Source of the DNA: an uncultured Bacteroidia bacterium
GTDB taxonomy: Bacteria; Bacteroidota; Bacteroidia; NS11-12g; UBA9320
Direction: 5' to 3'
Length of the DNA: 64,000 bases
NCBI GenBank assembly: GCA_943789165.1
Contig: CALSTB010000001.1
Span: 209,113-273,112 of the forward strand
Of this stretch, positions 50,388 to 60,706 are shown piece after piece (the stretch's first letter is position 1; each line of letters opens with the position of its first letter). Below the pieces are notes generated by a model. That model was not told the DNA's origin. It saw only the letters and a program-made list of their open reading frames with translations, and searched no databases. The position numbers were made by a program, and so were the translations under genes.

Positions 50388-51362
50388 CTAATTTAGGTTT
50401 AATTTTTGATACTGTTTTTTTCGTGCTTTTAGCGTTCTTGATTTAGTCATTCTTCGTTGCTTCAATTTCGACTCAGCTTTGCCGTGATAAACCTCTGCAG
50501 GAGTCAGGTTTTGCAAAGATTCATGGTAGCGTTTATTGTTGTAATAATAAACGAACTCATTAAGTTTTTGTTCCAGCTGTTCCGGGCTGAAGTAATTGTC
50601 CAATTTGACCACATTCTTCATGGATCTATGATAACGTTCAATCTTTCCTTGAGTCTGAGGGTGAAGAGGCCTACCTCGAACGTGTTTCATATTTTGGATC
50701 TGTAGATAATTGGCAAGTTCTAGTGATATGTAGCATGATCCATTGTCCGAAAGAAGTTTAGGTCTACTGTTCTCTGGAACGTCCGAAGCAAGTAAAGCTT
50801 CATTTAAGGTAGCTTTAACATCTTCTGCCTTCATAGAGGAACACAGCTTCCAGTTGACAATAAATCGGCTGTAATCGTCTAGAACTGTAGAGAGGTAATA
50901 CCAACCCCAACCAAAGATCTTAAAGTAGGTGAAGTCTGTTTGCCACATCTGATTAACATGTGTTGTTTTGTCATGAAAACTGTCTGATGCACTCATGATT
51001 CTAAAGGAAGGTGTTGATATCAGACCATTAGCTTTTAAGATGCGGTACACACTTGATTCGCTAATGTAATAGCTATACGTATCGGTTATATACCAGGCTA
51101 CTTCTCTAGGGGAAAGTTCGGATTGTTCTAGGGCTATTTCAACCACCTTGTCTCTGTCCGATTCATTAATTTGATTCCACGAACTCTTTCTTTTCGATGG
51201 TTTACGAGCTAATCCTTCATAACCATCTTCGGTAAAGGATTTGTACCAATTGTAAAAGGTGGTTTTGTTTATCTTTAACTCTCTGAGTGTACGGATTACA
51301 CCTAAATCGGATTGCTCCACAAGATGAATTAATTCGTACTTTTCTTGTTGACTGTAATGCAT
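50388..51362 (-). CDS. IS3-family transposase OrfB
   Basis: Homologous to 27227..28201. Confidence 0.9.
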   Translation of the reverse strand: MHYSQQEKYELIHLVEQSDLGVIRTLRELKINKTTFYNWYKSFTEDGYEGLARKPSKRKSSWNQINESDRDKVVEIALEQSELSPREVAWYITDTYSYYISESSVYRILKANGLISTPSFRIMSASDSFHDKTTHVNQMWQTDFTYFKIFGWGWYYLSTVLDDYSRFIVNWKLCSSMKAEDVKATLNEALLASDVPENSRPKLLSDNGSCYISLELANYLQIQNMKHVRGRPLHPQTQGKIERYHRSMKNVVKLDNYFSPEQLEQKLNEFVYYYNNKRYHESLQNLTPAEVYHGKAESKLKQRRMTKSRTLKARKKQYQKLNLN

Positions 51363-51376
51363 ATACTTCCTCCTTT

Positions 51377-51724
51377 CTATTCTTCGCCACTTAAGTTTTT
51401 TTTCAACTCTCTGTTGCGTAAAGAAAGTTCTGCTACCAGTTCTTTGAGTGATTGGTTCTCTGTCTTTATCTCATGAACCTCAGTTGTATTGGCTTCACGC
51501 ATAGTGTCGCCAGATAAACGACGTTTACCGGCTTCCATAAAGTCTTTGGTCCATTTGTAATAATTGCCTTGACTAATACCTTCCTTCCTGCATAACTCTG
51601 CTATGGTGGTTTCACCACGTATGCCATCAATAATGATTCTAATCTTTTCTTCTGAACTGTAGACCTTTCTGGTCTTTCTTTTTAACTCACTGATCAGTGA
51701 ACTTGTGCTTTTCTTTTTTACCAT
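51377..51724 (-). CDS. IS3-family transposase OrfA
   Basis: Homologous to 28213..28563. The A8 run at 51405-51412 gives an open -1 frame into orfB. Confidence 0.9.
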   Translation of the reverse strand: MVKKKSTSSLISELKRKTRKVYSSEEKIRIIIDGIRGETTIAELCRKEGISQGNYYKWTKDFMEAGKRRLSGDTMREANTTEVHEIKTENQSLKELVAELSLRNRELKKNLSGEE

Positions 51725-51841
51725 CTCTGGGTGATTTAAAGGGTTATAAAGTTATTAAAACCTCTCTCTTAAATCTTTACACTTAATAGTTCACTTTTTG
51801 CTGACGGTATACAGAATTACCACTAAACGACGATAACAGTT

Positions 51842-52753
51842 ATGAAGACTAATATTTTAAAAACCACGATAACATTGGTTTGTATATTACTGGTACAAAC
51901 CGTTTTCGGACAATCTTTAGACGACATCACAGCGGCAAAAGAGAGTTACGAATCATTCAATATCAGCTTAGCTACGGTATTGTACATTTTTGCTTTCATC
52001 TTGGTGTTAATTGCCACGGGCATGATGGTTATTGCCGTGCATATGAAGCGGTACATGAAGGGTCAAATGGGCGAAGAATATGCTAAACGACAACCTTTCT
52101 GGGAGAAGGTTTTTCAAATCAAATCTGTTGCTTCCGATAAAGACACGGTTATTAACCATCCACATGATGGAATCTATGAACTGGATAATCCTCCACCACC
52201 ATGGTTTATGTTCTTGTTTTATGGAACCGTTTTATTTGCGGTGATATATTACATCCGATTTACGTTTACAGATTCTGGATATACTCAAGCTGAGGAGTAC
52301 GAGACCGAAATGAAACTGGCCGCAGCTGAACACAGTACCTTCTTAGAATCAGCCGGTGAAATTGTCGATGAAAACAATGTTACATTACTAACTAGTGTAG
52401 AAGACCTTGAAAAAGGCGCAACTATTTATGATGCAAATTGTAAAGTTTGCCATGGTGATTATGGTCAGGGCACAGTTGGACCAAACCTTACAGATGTGTA
52501 TTGGAAATATGGTGGAAGCATTAAGGACGTGTTTGAGTCCGTTAAATATGGTCGACCAAGAGGCATGCAACCTTGGGCACAAAACATGGGCCCAACAAGT
52601 CTTCAAGCAGTATCAAGTTATGTAGTTAGTCTTGAAGGAACAAAGCTCCCTGATGGAGTTGTTGGCAAAGCTCCAGACGGCGAATTATATGAACGAAATA
52701 CTGATGCTAGTCCAAAACCTGAAGCTGCTTCAGGCAGTGAATCAACTTCTTAG
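51842..52753 (+). CDS. ccoP: cbb3-type cytochrome c oxidase subunit III-like protein (FixP_N domain plus one heme-c site)
   Basis: HPHDGIYELDNPPPPWF (FixP N-terminal motif) and CKVCH heme-binding site. Confidence 0.8.
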   Translation: MKTNILKTTITLVCILLVQTVFGQSLDDITAAKESYESFNISLATVLYIFAFILVLIATGMMVIAVHMKRYMKGQMGEEYAKRQPFWEKVFQIKSVASDKDTVINHPHDGIYELDNPPPPWFMFLFYGTVLFAVIYYIRFTFTDSGYTQAEEYETEMKLAAAEHSTFLESAGEIVDENNVTLLTSVEDLEKGATIYDANCKVCHGDYGQGTVGPNLTDVYWKYGGSIKDVFESVKYGRPRGMQPWAQNMGPTSLQAVSSYVVSLEGTKLPDGVVGKAPDGELYERNTDASPKPEAASGSESTS

Positions 52754-52775
52754 GAAGTAGATACTCCAGCAGCCA

Positions 52776-54179
52776 ATGAGTAATACCAAAGAAGATAATT
52801 TTAGGGAACATCTAGGCAATCAAACCAAAGAAGGTAAGCGCGTCTGGTTGTACCCTAAAATTATTAAAGGTAAATTATATAAGTACCGAACGTACTTAAG
52901 TTGGTTTTACCTAGCCTTTTTCTTTCTCGGTCCCTTTATCAAAATCAATGGCTATCCATTGTTGTTGTTGAACGTCATCGACCGCCAATTTGTGATTTTC
53001 GGTCAGCCCTTTTGGCCACAAGATTTCCATTTTTTGGTCTTACTGATGATAACGGCCATTGTGTTTATTGTGCTGTTTACCGTCATATATGGCCGGGTTT
53101 TCTGCGGTTGGGTTTGTCCACAAACCATCTTTTTAGAGATGGTTTTTCGAAAGATTGAAAATGTTATCGAAGGGAACTCTATCAAACAAAAGAAGCTCGA
53201 TGCCACGCCATGGAATCGAGAAAAGATTACAAAAAAAACCCTCAAATTCATTGCATTTTTTGGTGTGTCATTCTTAATCGCAAATACGTTTTTAGCTTAT
53301 ATCATTGGTTGGGAAAATCTTTGGGAAAAAATTTCCGGGCCCTTTTTAGAAGGTTTGCCCGCACTTATTGGACTATTAATTTTTACTACCGTATTTTATT
53401 TAGTTTTTGCCAAGCTTCGAGAATTGGTCTGTATCATGATTTGTCCATATGGTAGGTTACAAGGAGTAATGCTTGACCCAAACAGTATGGTAGTGGCATA
53501 CGACGATGAACGCGGTGAGCCAAGAGGGAAAATTCGAAAAAATGAAAATCAAGAAAACAAAGGCGATTGTGTGGATTGCAATCTTTGTGTTGATGTTTGT
53601 CCGACTGGTATAGACATTCGGCATGGAACGCAATTGGAGTGTGTGAACTGTACTGCGTGTATGGATGCGTGCGACAGCGTTATGGACAAAATCAAAAAAC
53701 CTAAAGGTCTTATACGCATTGACTCGATTAATAATATACGAAACGGAACGGGTTTTAATTTTACACCTAGAATTATATCGTATACCGTTGTAATGGTGAT
53801 CCTCATGGGCGTTTTCTCCTATTTATTAGCCAGTCGCACCGATGTAGAAGCTCACGTTTTACGTATTCCAGGTCAAACATATTTTGAAGAGCCCAACGAC
53901 ATTGTTAGCAACATGTACAATCTCGAAATGGTCAACAAATCATTTGATGACAAACGTTTTAGCATGGTCGCATTAACACCAGGATTTACCTTGGTTGTTG
54001 CCGATTCAAACGCTGCTTTATCCGCTAATAGTGAAATGAAAAGAGTGTTTATGTTAAAAAAAGATAAAAGTGACGTTCAGGGATATAAACAGGCGGTTGA
54101 AGTACAAGTATTCATTGATAACGCTCCTTTAAAAACCTTTAAAACCACTTTCTTTGGACCAATTAAAATAACGAAATGA
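52776..54179 (+). CDS. ccoG: cytochrome c oxidase accessory protein CcoG (copy 2)
   Basis: Seven aa differences from copy 1. Confidence 0.9.
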   Translation: MSNTKEDNFREHLGNQTKEGKRVWLYPKIIKGKLYKYRTYLSWFYLAFFFLGPFIKINGYPLLLLNVIDRQFVIFGQPFWPQDFHFLVLLMITAIVFIVLFTVIYGRVFCGWVCPQTIFLEMVFRKIENVIEGNSIKQKKLDATPWNREKITKKTLKFIAFFGVSFLIANTFLAYIIGWENLWEKISGPFLEGLPALIGLLIFTTVFYLVFAKLRELVCIMICPYGRLQGVMLDPNSMVVAYDDERGEPRGKIRKNENQENKGDCVDCNLCVDVCPTGIDIRHGTQLECVNCTACMDACDSVMDKIKKPKGLIRIDSINNIRNGTGFNFTPRIISYTVVMVILMGVFSYLLASRTDVEAHVLRIPGQTYFEEPNDIVSNMYNLEMVNKSFDDKRFSMVALTPGFTLVVADSNAALSANSEMKRVFMLKKDKSDVQGYKQAVEVQVFIDNAPLKTFKTTFFGPIKITK

Positions 54180-54589
54180 ATTGGGGAAAAGGGCTTATAA
54201 TCAGTATGACGATCTTTATCGTCTTTATCGTAGGGTTAGGATTTTACATGGTCAATAACAACGATTCGCTTTACGAAAAGGATTATTACCAAAAAGGTGA
54301 GGCGCACACCGAAACTATGGAAGCTGAAGAAATTGCGGCTAATGTCAAAATGGATTATCACAACCCATTGTTGGTCATCCAACTGGGGGAAGATGGACAA
54401 GTAGACAAAGTGGTTCTTAAGCATATGGGCAATAGTAAGTTTGATCGAGTACTTTCCAATGGTACTAAGTCGGTAATGCATACTTACACACTTGAGATTC
54501 CTGATTTACAAGCAGGAATTTGGTACATTGAGGTTACTGGTGTTCTTAAGGGGAAGCCCTTTTTCAAAAAGACTAAGCTTGTAATTTGA
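54176..54589 (+). CDS. FixH family protein (copy 2, 2 x 9-bp repeat allele)
   Basis: 137 aa versus 140 aa in copy 1. Confidence 0.75.
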   Translation: MNWGKGLIISMTIFIVFIVGLGFYMVNNNDSLYEKDYYQKGEAHTETMEAEEIAANVKMDYHNPLLVIQLGEDGQVDKVVLKHMGNSKFDRVLSNGTKSVMHTYTLEIPDLQAGIWYIEVTGVLKGKPFFKKTKLVI

Positions 54590-55266
54590 TGATTTGGGCT
54601 GCACTACTTTTAGGACTTGGGGGCTCACTACATTGTGCTGCAATGTGTGGTCCATTGGTTTTTTCGGTGCAAACCAATTGGAATATTAAAGGCCTCTCGC
54701 CTCATTTGTTGATCTATCATTTTGGTCGTATTGCCGGTTATTTGTTGTTGGGATTAGCATTCAGTCTAGTAAAGGTCACAGTCCATCTTTTCGACCTTCA
54801 ACAGTACATAGCGCTTGTTTCTGGAATTCTTTTGTTACTATTTGTTTTTAAACATCGAATTCCTGGTATCAAACAAATGATGTCATGGATATCAGCTCGG
54901 TTATCCAAAACCATGAGCAAATACTATCACAAAAAGAATAGCTTGCCTTTTATCGGATTTTTGAATGGCCTGCTTCCATGTGGTTTAAGTTACGCTGCAG
55001 CTGCAGTATCTGTGAGTCAACCTGGTATGACGGAAGGACTATTGTTTATGTTCTTTTTTGGAATTGGAACGTTGCCCATGTTTTTAGTTGGTTCTTATCT
55101 CGGTAAAAAATTGAAGTTTCGTTTTTTTCAGAATATTAATAAATACATCAACTACTCAATGATCCTTCTTGGTGTTTTGTTGGTTATTAGAGGCTCTGGT
55201 CTGAACATTCCATATTTGAGTCCTGCTATTGCTCCAGAAACTGGAGAAGTTGAATGTTGCCATTGA
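54586..55266 (+). CDS. TauE/SafE- or DsbD_2-like membrane protein (copy 2)
   Basis: Six aa differences from copy 1. Confidence 0.7.
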   Translation: MMIWAALLLGLGGSLHCAAMCGPLVFSVQTNWNIKGLSPHLLIYHFGRIAGYLLLGLAFSLVKVTVHLFDLQQYIALVSGILLLLFVFKHRIPGIKQMMSWISARLSKTMSKYYHKKNSLPFIGFLNGLLPCGLSYAAAAVSVSQPGMTEGLLFMFFFGIGTLPMFLVGSYLGKKLKFRFFQNINKYINYSMILLGVLLVIRGSGLNIPYLSPAIAPETGEVECCH

Positions 55267-55269
55267 GTA

Positions 55270-55824
55270 TTAGTTTAGGCTTGGGTCCGTGGGTCCTTCA
55301 GCCAAGACTGCATATTTGCCTCCCAAACTACGCATTGCCTTTTTCCACAGTTCTTGTGCATCAAGGTTTTGGTTGAAGACCATGGCGCTTCCAATGTCTG
55401 AAACAATCCAGGCTTCTTCCTCTAGTTCCTCGGCAAGTTGTCCGGCTGCCCAGCCTGAATAACCCATAAAAAACACAAATTTTGAAATCATGTCAGGGGA
55501 TTTTCGAAGAATGTCGAGTGCTTTGTCAAAGTCAGCACCCCACCAAACACCTGGAATTACCTCTTTAGAATGTTCAATCACAGAACCTAGTCCGTGCAAG
55601 AAATGAACTGTATGGATTTCGACAGGTCCTCCTTGAAACAAGTTTTGTTTTGGAAGCTTGTCATCTTTTAGTGCCTCATCGATAGACAACTCAACTTCAT
55701 TGTTTAAGACAAAACCGAAACTTCCGTTTTCGTCATGTTGGGTTAACAAAACAATGGTTCTTGCAAAGTTAGGATCTTGCAAAAACGGATCAGAAATTAA
55801 TATTTTACCTTCTTGTATATCCAT
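55270..55824 (-). CDS. YqgE/AlgH family protein (copy 2)
   Basis: Protein identical to copy 1. Confidence 0.85.
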   Translation of the reverse strand: MDIQEGKILISDPFLQDPNFARTIVLLTQHDENGSFGFVLNNEVELSIDEALKDDKLPKQNLFQGGPVEIHTVHFLHGLGSVIEHSKEVIPGVWWGADFDKALDILRKSPDMISKFVFFMGYSGWAAGQLAEELEEEAWIVSDIGSAMVFNQNLDAQELWKKAMRSLGGKYAVLAEGPTDPSLN

Positions 55825-55825
55825 G

Positions 55826-57097
55826 TTACACTATAACTAGACGAATATAAACGGCGCCGAGTATAACCAAAAACGCTACTCCTAAATATGCGATTAAATA
55901 TTTCCATTTAGGCCAAAAGTTTGTGGGAAGTTGTCGCTTCACAATGAGAATACCGAAAATAGCCAAAACCGGAGCGGTTAAGAACGAAAAGCTTGTCGCC
56001 ACGTTGACCATTTGTTTCATATCCGTAATGAAGAACCTTAATAAGGTCAACGCTCCTACCGCTATTACGAACAACCAAATTAATCTAGGTTTTCTATCAT
56101 AGTTGGCGGCTATTATTGCTTCTAAAGAGTCCAATTCTGGTTGAATGGTTGAAGACTGCCATATCCTCCCAATTTTAGCAAGTACTCTTGGCATCGCATC
56201 GAGGCAAGTTAATGTTGTACTGAACATAGTTGTAAAGGCTGCGATAGCGATAACCCAATACGACCAATCACCTATGCTCGAAACGTAGATATCTATAAGT
56301 TGTTGAGCATAGTCAACGCCACCTGATGCCAATTCTAATCCTGAACCATAGATTACATTGGCCCCTAAAACTAAAAAAGCTATTCCTAGGATGGCTGTTC
56401 CCCAGAACCCTACTCTAAAATCAAATAAAGATTCTGTCGATTTTTCTTTCGGATTTTGCTCCAACTTTTCTTCACTCCAGATAGAGTGCCAAATGGAAAT
56501 GTCTAGCGGTGCCGGCATCCAACCCAAAAAAGCGATTAAAAAAATGACATCCATTGAATTGAACAAGTCGAATACCTTTCCTGGTTTTAAATCAGCAGCT
56601 GGAATTTGATAGGTAAATGACGAGACTAACGCAATGACGGTGGTAATGGAAAGGGTGATCATGATTACCTTCATGAGCTTATCCAAAACTGAAAACTTAC
56701 CTATCGCACTGATGGCTAAACAAATAGTTAGTAGAGCTGCGCTCATCATTACTGGAGTAACGTTTATCCCAGTGATTTTAATTGCCAACCCTGCGGTAAC
56801 TATTGTTACTGCAGCTTGAATAGTAAACATGGTAGCGACAGTCAAAATTGCGACGATACCCAATGCCCAATTTCCGATTTTTGCATAACCGTGTAACAGG
56901 TTTTGCTTGGTTAATTGCGTGTATTTGGGTCCAAGTTCGAAAAATGGGTATTTGAACATATGTGCCAGAATAATACCTACAATCAAAATGTAACCATACT
57001 CTGCACCGGCTTTGGTGGATTGTACAATGTGAGAAACGCCAACTGCCGCACCGGCATATAGCAATCCTGGTCCAAGGACTTTTAATTTTTGTAACAC
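55826..57097 (-). CDS. NRAMP-family divalent metal cation transporter (copy 2)
   Basis: Differs from copy 1 mainly in one patch (SLEAIIAANYD versus SSEVITATSED). Confidence 0.8.
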   Translation of the reverse strand: MLQKLKVLGPGLLYAGAAVGVSHIVQSTKAGAEYGYILIVGIILAHMFKYPFFELGPKYTQLTKQNLLHGYAKIGNWALGIVAILTVATMFTIQAAVTIVTAGLAIKITGINVTPVMMSAALLTICLAISAIGKFSVLDKLMKVIMITLSITTVIALVSSFTYQIPAADLKPGKVFDLFNSMDVIFLIAFLGWMPAPLDISIWHSIWSEEKLEQNPKEKSTESLFDFRVGFWGTAILGIAFLVLGANVIYGSGLELASGGVDYAQQLIDIYVSSIGDWSYWVIAIAAFTTMFSTTLTCLDAMPRVLAKIGRIWQSSTIQPELDSLEAIIAANYDRKPRLIWLFVIAVGALTLLRFFITDMKQMVNVATSFSFLTAPVLAIFGILIVKRQLPTNFWPKWKYLIAYLGVAFLVILGAVYIRLVIV

Positions 57098-57295
57098 GAT
57101 GGAAATATAAGGGATTTAGGATTGTTGTGAAATTGAATTGCAAAATCACCTTTTAGAATTATTTGTATCGCTTTGCAGTCATCGTATGTTTGACACTTAA
57201 ATTCAAATTGCCTGCAGTTTTCCTTTAGAAATTTGAAAACTCCGTTGAAAATGTATTTTTGATTTAACAAACGCACATGACTTAATCCGAATTCA

Positions 57296-59398
57296 ATGAA
57301 ATTGTCGAAATCCCTATATAAAAGGCTAATACTTTTAACCACGATAATTATTGGTTTAATGACTCCAATAGTTGGTGCCCAAACCATTGATTCTAGTTAT
57401 CAAGTTGGTAGTTCCAGTACGTCATCAGTAGAAGCCATAACTACTGACAATAGCGGTAACACCTATGTCGCGGGCTATTTTAAAGACAGTGTTTGGGTGA
57501 ATAAGATTCATTTACTCAAGGGATATGCATCTATTTATACGTTATACTTTGTAGCGTATAAGCCTGATGGTTCATTACTTTTTAAGAAATTAATTAGTAC
57601 TGGAACTCGAGCTCCCATTCAGTTAGAAACTGATGATTCAGGTTTTGTGTACTTAGGTAGTTTATATCAGAGTACTAAAACATATTTAGACATTGAGAAT
57701 CAAAAAGATGCTATCTCCTCTGGATATGGTCAGCAGGCATTTATTCTCAAGTTGAATAGTAGCGGTGATCATTTGTGGTATGCCTATTCGCAAGGCAACA
57801 AAACAAAAACCAATGTAGAGACGTCGGAATTTGCCATTACAGGCTACGGGCAAATCATTTGGCTTTGTTCGGCTCACGGGGCGATGTCTGTCCATACTTC
57901 TACAAGATATGGTTACAGTGGGTTTGGTTCCATTGGAAACGAGCAGCTGAATAGAACTGGTTCTTTTTTGTTACGAATGGATCCAAATACGACAGTACGC
58001 TATCCAAAAACAACCATTGGGAATTCAGATGCTATAGTAAGAGTTACCTCTCTTGCTGAAAAAGATGGGAACATCTACTACGGTGGCCAATTAAACGGAA
58101 CTGTTGACTTTGACCCTTCTACGAATACCAAAGAATTGACTTTGTCTGGGAAGGCATTCTACTGCAGTTTAGACACTCAAATGAATCTTAGGTGGGTCAA
58201 AGCATCAACCCTTCATCGTTTTAGCAAAATACGGGTTAATGCGTATGACCAAATTATGTGTTATGGCAGTTATGCTGGAGTTGGAGAAGCCAAATTTGAA
58301 ATGAGTAGTGTTTCAACTAATGGAGATGTAGTGTGGGAATACAGTGAACCTTTCTCAAATGTGTCATTACAGATTAATGATTGCCAGGTGGATAAAGGTG
58401 GAAACACTTTTGTATGTGGCACTTTTGCTGGCAGCGGCGACTTTGACCCTACAAGCAACTCTAGGACTGGAGGAGCATCGAATAACGCAGCATTTTTAGT
58501 AAAATATGATTCATCTGGAGAGGCCAAATGGTTGATTGTTGGATCCGGTACCGGATCTTACACCAATTCTGGAAATACAGTACATCTCGCTGAAGATAAC
58601 CAACTATACTGGGGTGGCGTATATTCTAGGACATTCAACTTTAGCGGAAATTCAAGTCAGAACGTACCATATACAACTAAAATTTTGGGCTTTGTGGCTC
58701 AACTTACAGAATGCCAGTCACTAAAACCTAAGATTGATCCTGTTGACACTTCAATATGCAAAGGTGCTTCAATTGACATACGTATAACTGGCGCTACATC
58801 TGCAACATGGAAGGATAATAGTAACACCAATTTATTTCGAACCATTTCACCAGAAATAAATAGTTCATATTCCGTTATTGTTTCAAATGACTCAGGTTGT
58901 TACAAAACATTGACGTCACATGTGACTGTTAACTCATTGCCTACTCCAAGTATAACCTTCAATAAAAACATTTGCAGTGTGGTGGGGACTTGGTCAAGTT
59001 ACCAATGGTACTTTAACGGCAATAAAGTCGTCGATGAGACAAACTCTACGTACGAACCAGACCAGAATGGTCAAGTATATTGTATCGTTGAAGACCAAAA
59101 TGGTTGTTTTGGAAAGTCAAATGAACTGCAGTTTACTTTAGTGTCAAGTTCAAAGCTTATGCACCCTGTATCCAAGGTCTATTACTATGATAACACTTTA
59201 AACTTTGATCTCTCTAATACTATTCAACATGTCACTGTTCGTTTATATGATGTAACTGGAAAGAATCTAAGTACAAGCGACATCGAAATATCAAAAGGAC
59301 ATGGGAAAATACCGATTTCATTATCAATGTCTACTTACCTTGTAGTTATAAGTGTTGATGATATTGTCTTGGATCGGCGAAGAATTGTGGTGTATTAA
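57296..59398 (+). CDS. secreted beta-propeller/Ig-like repeat protein with T9SS CTD (copy 2)
   Basis: Protein identical to copy 1. Confidence 0.7.
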   Translation: MKLSKSLYKRLILLTTIIIGLMTPIVGAQTIDSSYQVGSSSTSSVEAITTDNSGNTYVAGYFKDSVWVNKIHLLKGYASIYTLYFVAYKPDGSLLFKKLISTGTRAPIQLETDDSGFVYLGSLYQSTKTYLDIENQKDAISSGYGQQAFILKLNSSGDHLWYAYSQGNKTKTNVETSEFAITGYGQIIWLCSAHGAMSVHTSTRYGYSGFGSIGNEQLNRTGSFLLRMDPNTTVRYPKTTIGNSDAIVRVTSLAEKDGNIYYGGQLNGTVDFDPSTNTKELTLSGKAFYCSLDTQMNLRWVKASTLHRFSKIRVNAYDQIMCYGSYAGVGEAKFEMSSVSTNGDVVWEYSEPFSNVSLQINDCQVDKGGNTFVCGTFAGSGDFDPTSNSRTGGASNNAAFLVKYDSSGEAKWLIVGSGTGSYTNSGNTVHLAEDNQLYWGGVYSRTFNFSGNSSQNVPYTTKILGFVAQLTECQSLKPKIDPVDTSICKGASIDIRITGATSATWKDNSNTNLFRTISPEINSSYSVIVSNDSGCYKTLTSHVTVNSLPTPSITFNKNICSVVGTWSSYQWYFNGNKVVDETNSTYEPDQNGQVYCIVEDQNGCFGKSNELQFTLVSSSKLMHPVSKVYYYDNTLNFDLSNTIQHVTVRLYDVTGKNLSTSDIEISKGHGKIPISLSMSTYLVVISVDDIVLDRRRIVVY

Positions 59399-59442
59399 TG
59401 AATTGCGACTAAGGTTTGTTTAGATTTTGTCTATTTATGGCG

Positions 59443-59474
59443 AAAAAAAAGTGCGTTCCAAAAGAAACGCACTT
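59443..59474 (-). terminator. mirror copy of the gap terminator
   Basis: Reverse complement of 20298..20329. Confidence 0.8.
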
Positions 59475-59497
59475 CTCGATATTTTATTGACTAATTT

Positions 59498-60481
59498 TTA
59501 ACCAATTCTAGAAATTAAATCCGCGATTCGATTGGAATAACCTGCTTCATTGTCGTACCATCCCATAATTTTAACTGTATTGCCTTGAACCATTGTGGTT
59601 AGAGAGTCAAAAATACATGAATGTGGGTTCCCTACTATGTCGATAGAAACGATTGGGTCTTCAGTATACTCGAGAATACCTTTTAATTCATTTTCCGAAG
59701 CGCGTTTAAAGGCAGCGTTAACTTCTTCAATTGTGGTTTCTTTCTTAAGGGTGACAACAAAATCGGTGGCACTTCCAGTAGGAATTGGCACTCTAAGAGA
59801 GTTTCCATTCAATTTGCCAGCTAGGTGTGGTAACACCAGTCCAACTGCCTTTGCGGCACCTGTGCTTGTTGGTATAATTGAAACCGAGGCAGCCCTTGCT
59901 CTTCTTAAATCTGAGTGAGGTGCATCTTGTAAACGTTGGTCTGACGTATATGCATGAACTGTAGTCATGAACCCTGATTCAACTCCAAATAAATCATCTA
60001 ACACCTTAACCATTGGCGCTAAACAGTTTGTAGTGCAACTAGCATTTGATACGATGGTTTCATTGCCTGACATTGTATGATCGTTAACACCTAACACAAC
60101 CGTTTTTATATCTCCAGATGCAGGTGCAGAAATAACCACTTTTTTGGCCCCAGCAGTGATGTGTTTTTGAGCTCCAATGGGATCTCTAAAAAAACCTGTA
60201 CTTTCTAAAACGACATCAATACCTAGTTCTCCCCATGGTAACTTTTCCGGGTCGCGTTCTGCAGTAGCGCGAATTTGTTTGCCATTCACGATAAGAAAAT
60301 CATCATTGGACTCAACAGTTCCATTGAATCTTCCTTGCACTGAATCATATTTCAACAAATGAGCTAATGTGGCATTGTTAGTGAGGTCGTTAATTGCTAC
60401 GACTTCAACATTTTCTTTTTGCAAAAGACATTTGAAGGCCAATCGCCCTATGCGTCCAAAACCGTTAATAGCTACTTTCAT
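59498..60481 (-). CDS. gap: type I glyceraldehyde-3-phosphate dehydrogenase (copy 2)
   Basis: Protein identical to copy 1. Confidence 0.95.
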   Translation of the reverse strand: MKVAINGFGRIGRLAFKCLLQKENVEVVAINDLTNNATLAHLLKYDSVQGRFNGTVESNDDFLIVNGKQIRATAERDPEKLPWGELGIDVVLESTGFFRDPIGAQKHITAGAKKVVISAPASGDIKTVVLGVNDHTMSGNETIVSNASCTTNCLAPMVKVLDDLFGVESGFMTTVHAYTSDQRLQDAPHSDLRRARAASVSIIPTSTGAAKAVGLVLPHLAGKLNGNSLRVPIPTGSATDFVVTLKKETTIEEVNAAFKRASENELKGILEYTEDPIVSIDIVGNPHSCIFDSLTTMVQGNTVKIMGWYDNEAGYSNRIADLISRIG

Positions 60482-60634
60482 TCTAGGATATTTTTGTGTT
60501 TTTTAAATGAGTGGTTGCAAAGGTAAAATATTTAAAAAATTAGTTGTTGATTTATGGAAATATTTATTCCTTTGCAGCCTTGTAATTTAAAGGCCTTCGC
60601 GTCAAGCAACTGTTTCTTTAAACTGCAATGACTT

Positions 60635-60706
60635 GGCCCCTTCGTCTATCGGTTAGGACGCCAGGTTTTCATCCTGGAAAGAGGGGTTCGATTCCCCTAG
60701 GGGCTA
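60635..60706 (+). tRNA. tRNA-Glu (UUC), copy 2, followed by an encoded CCA (60707-60709)
   Basis: Identical to the left copy through the discriminator base. The downstream sequence differs (CCAAAGCGG versus CACAAGTAG). Confidence 0.85.

Larger units (their letters stand above)
50331..51812 (-). mobile_element. IS3-family insertion sequence, type 2, copy B (diverged from copy A)
   Basis: Same inverted repeats and gene layout as 27170..28652. There are many substitutions, e.g. OrfB YRAYTELGYEGL versus YKSFTEDGYEGL. Confidence 0.9.
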
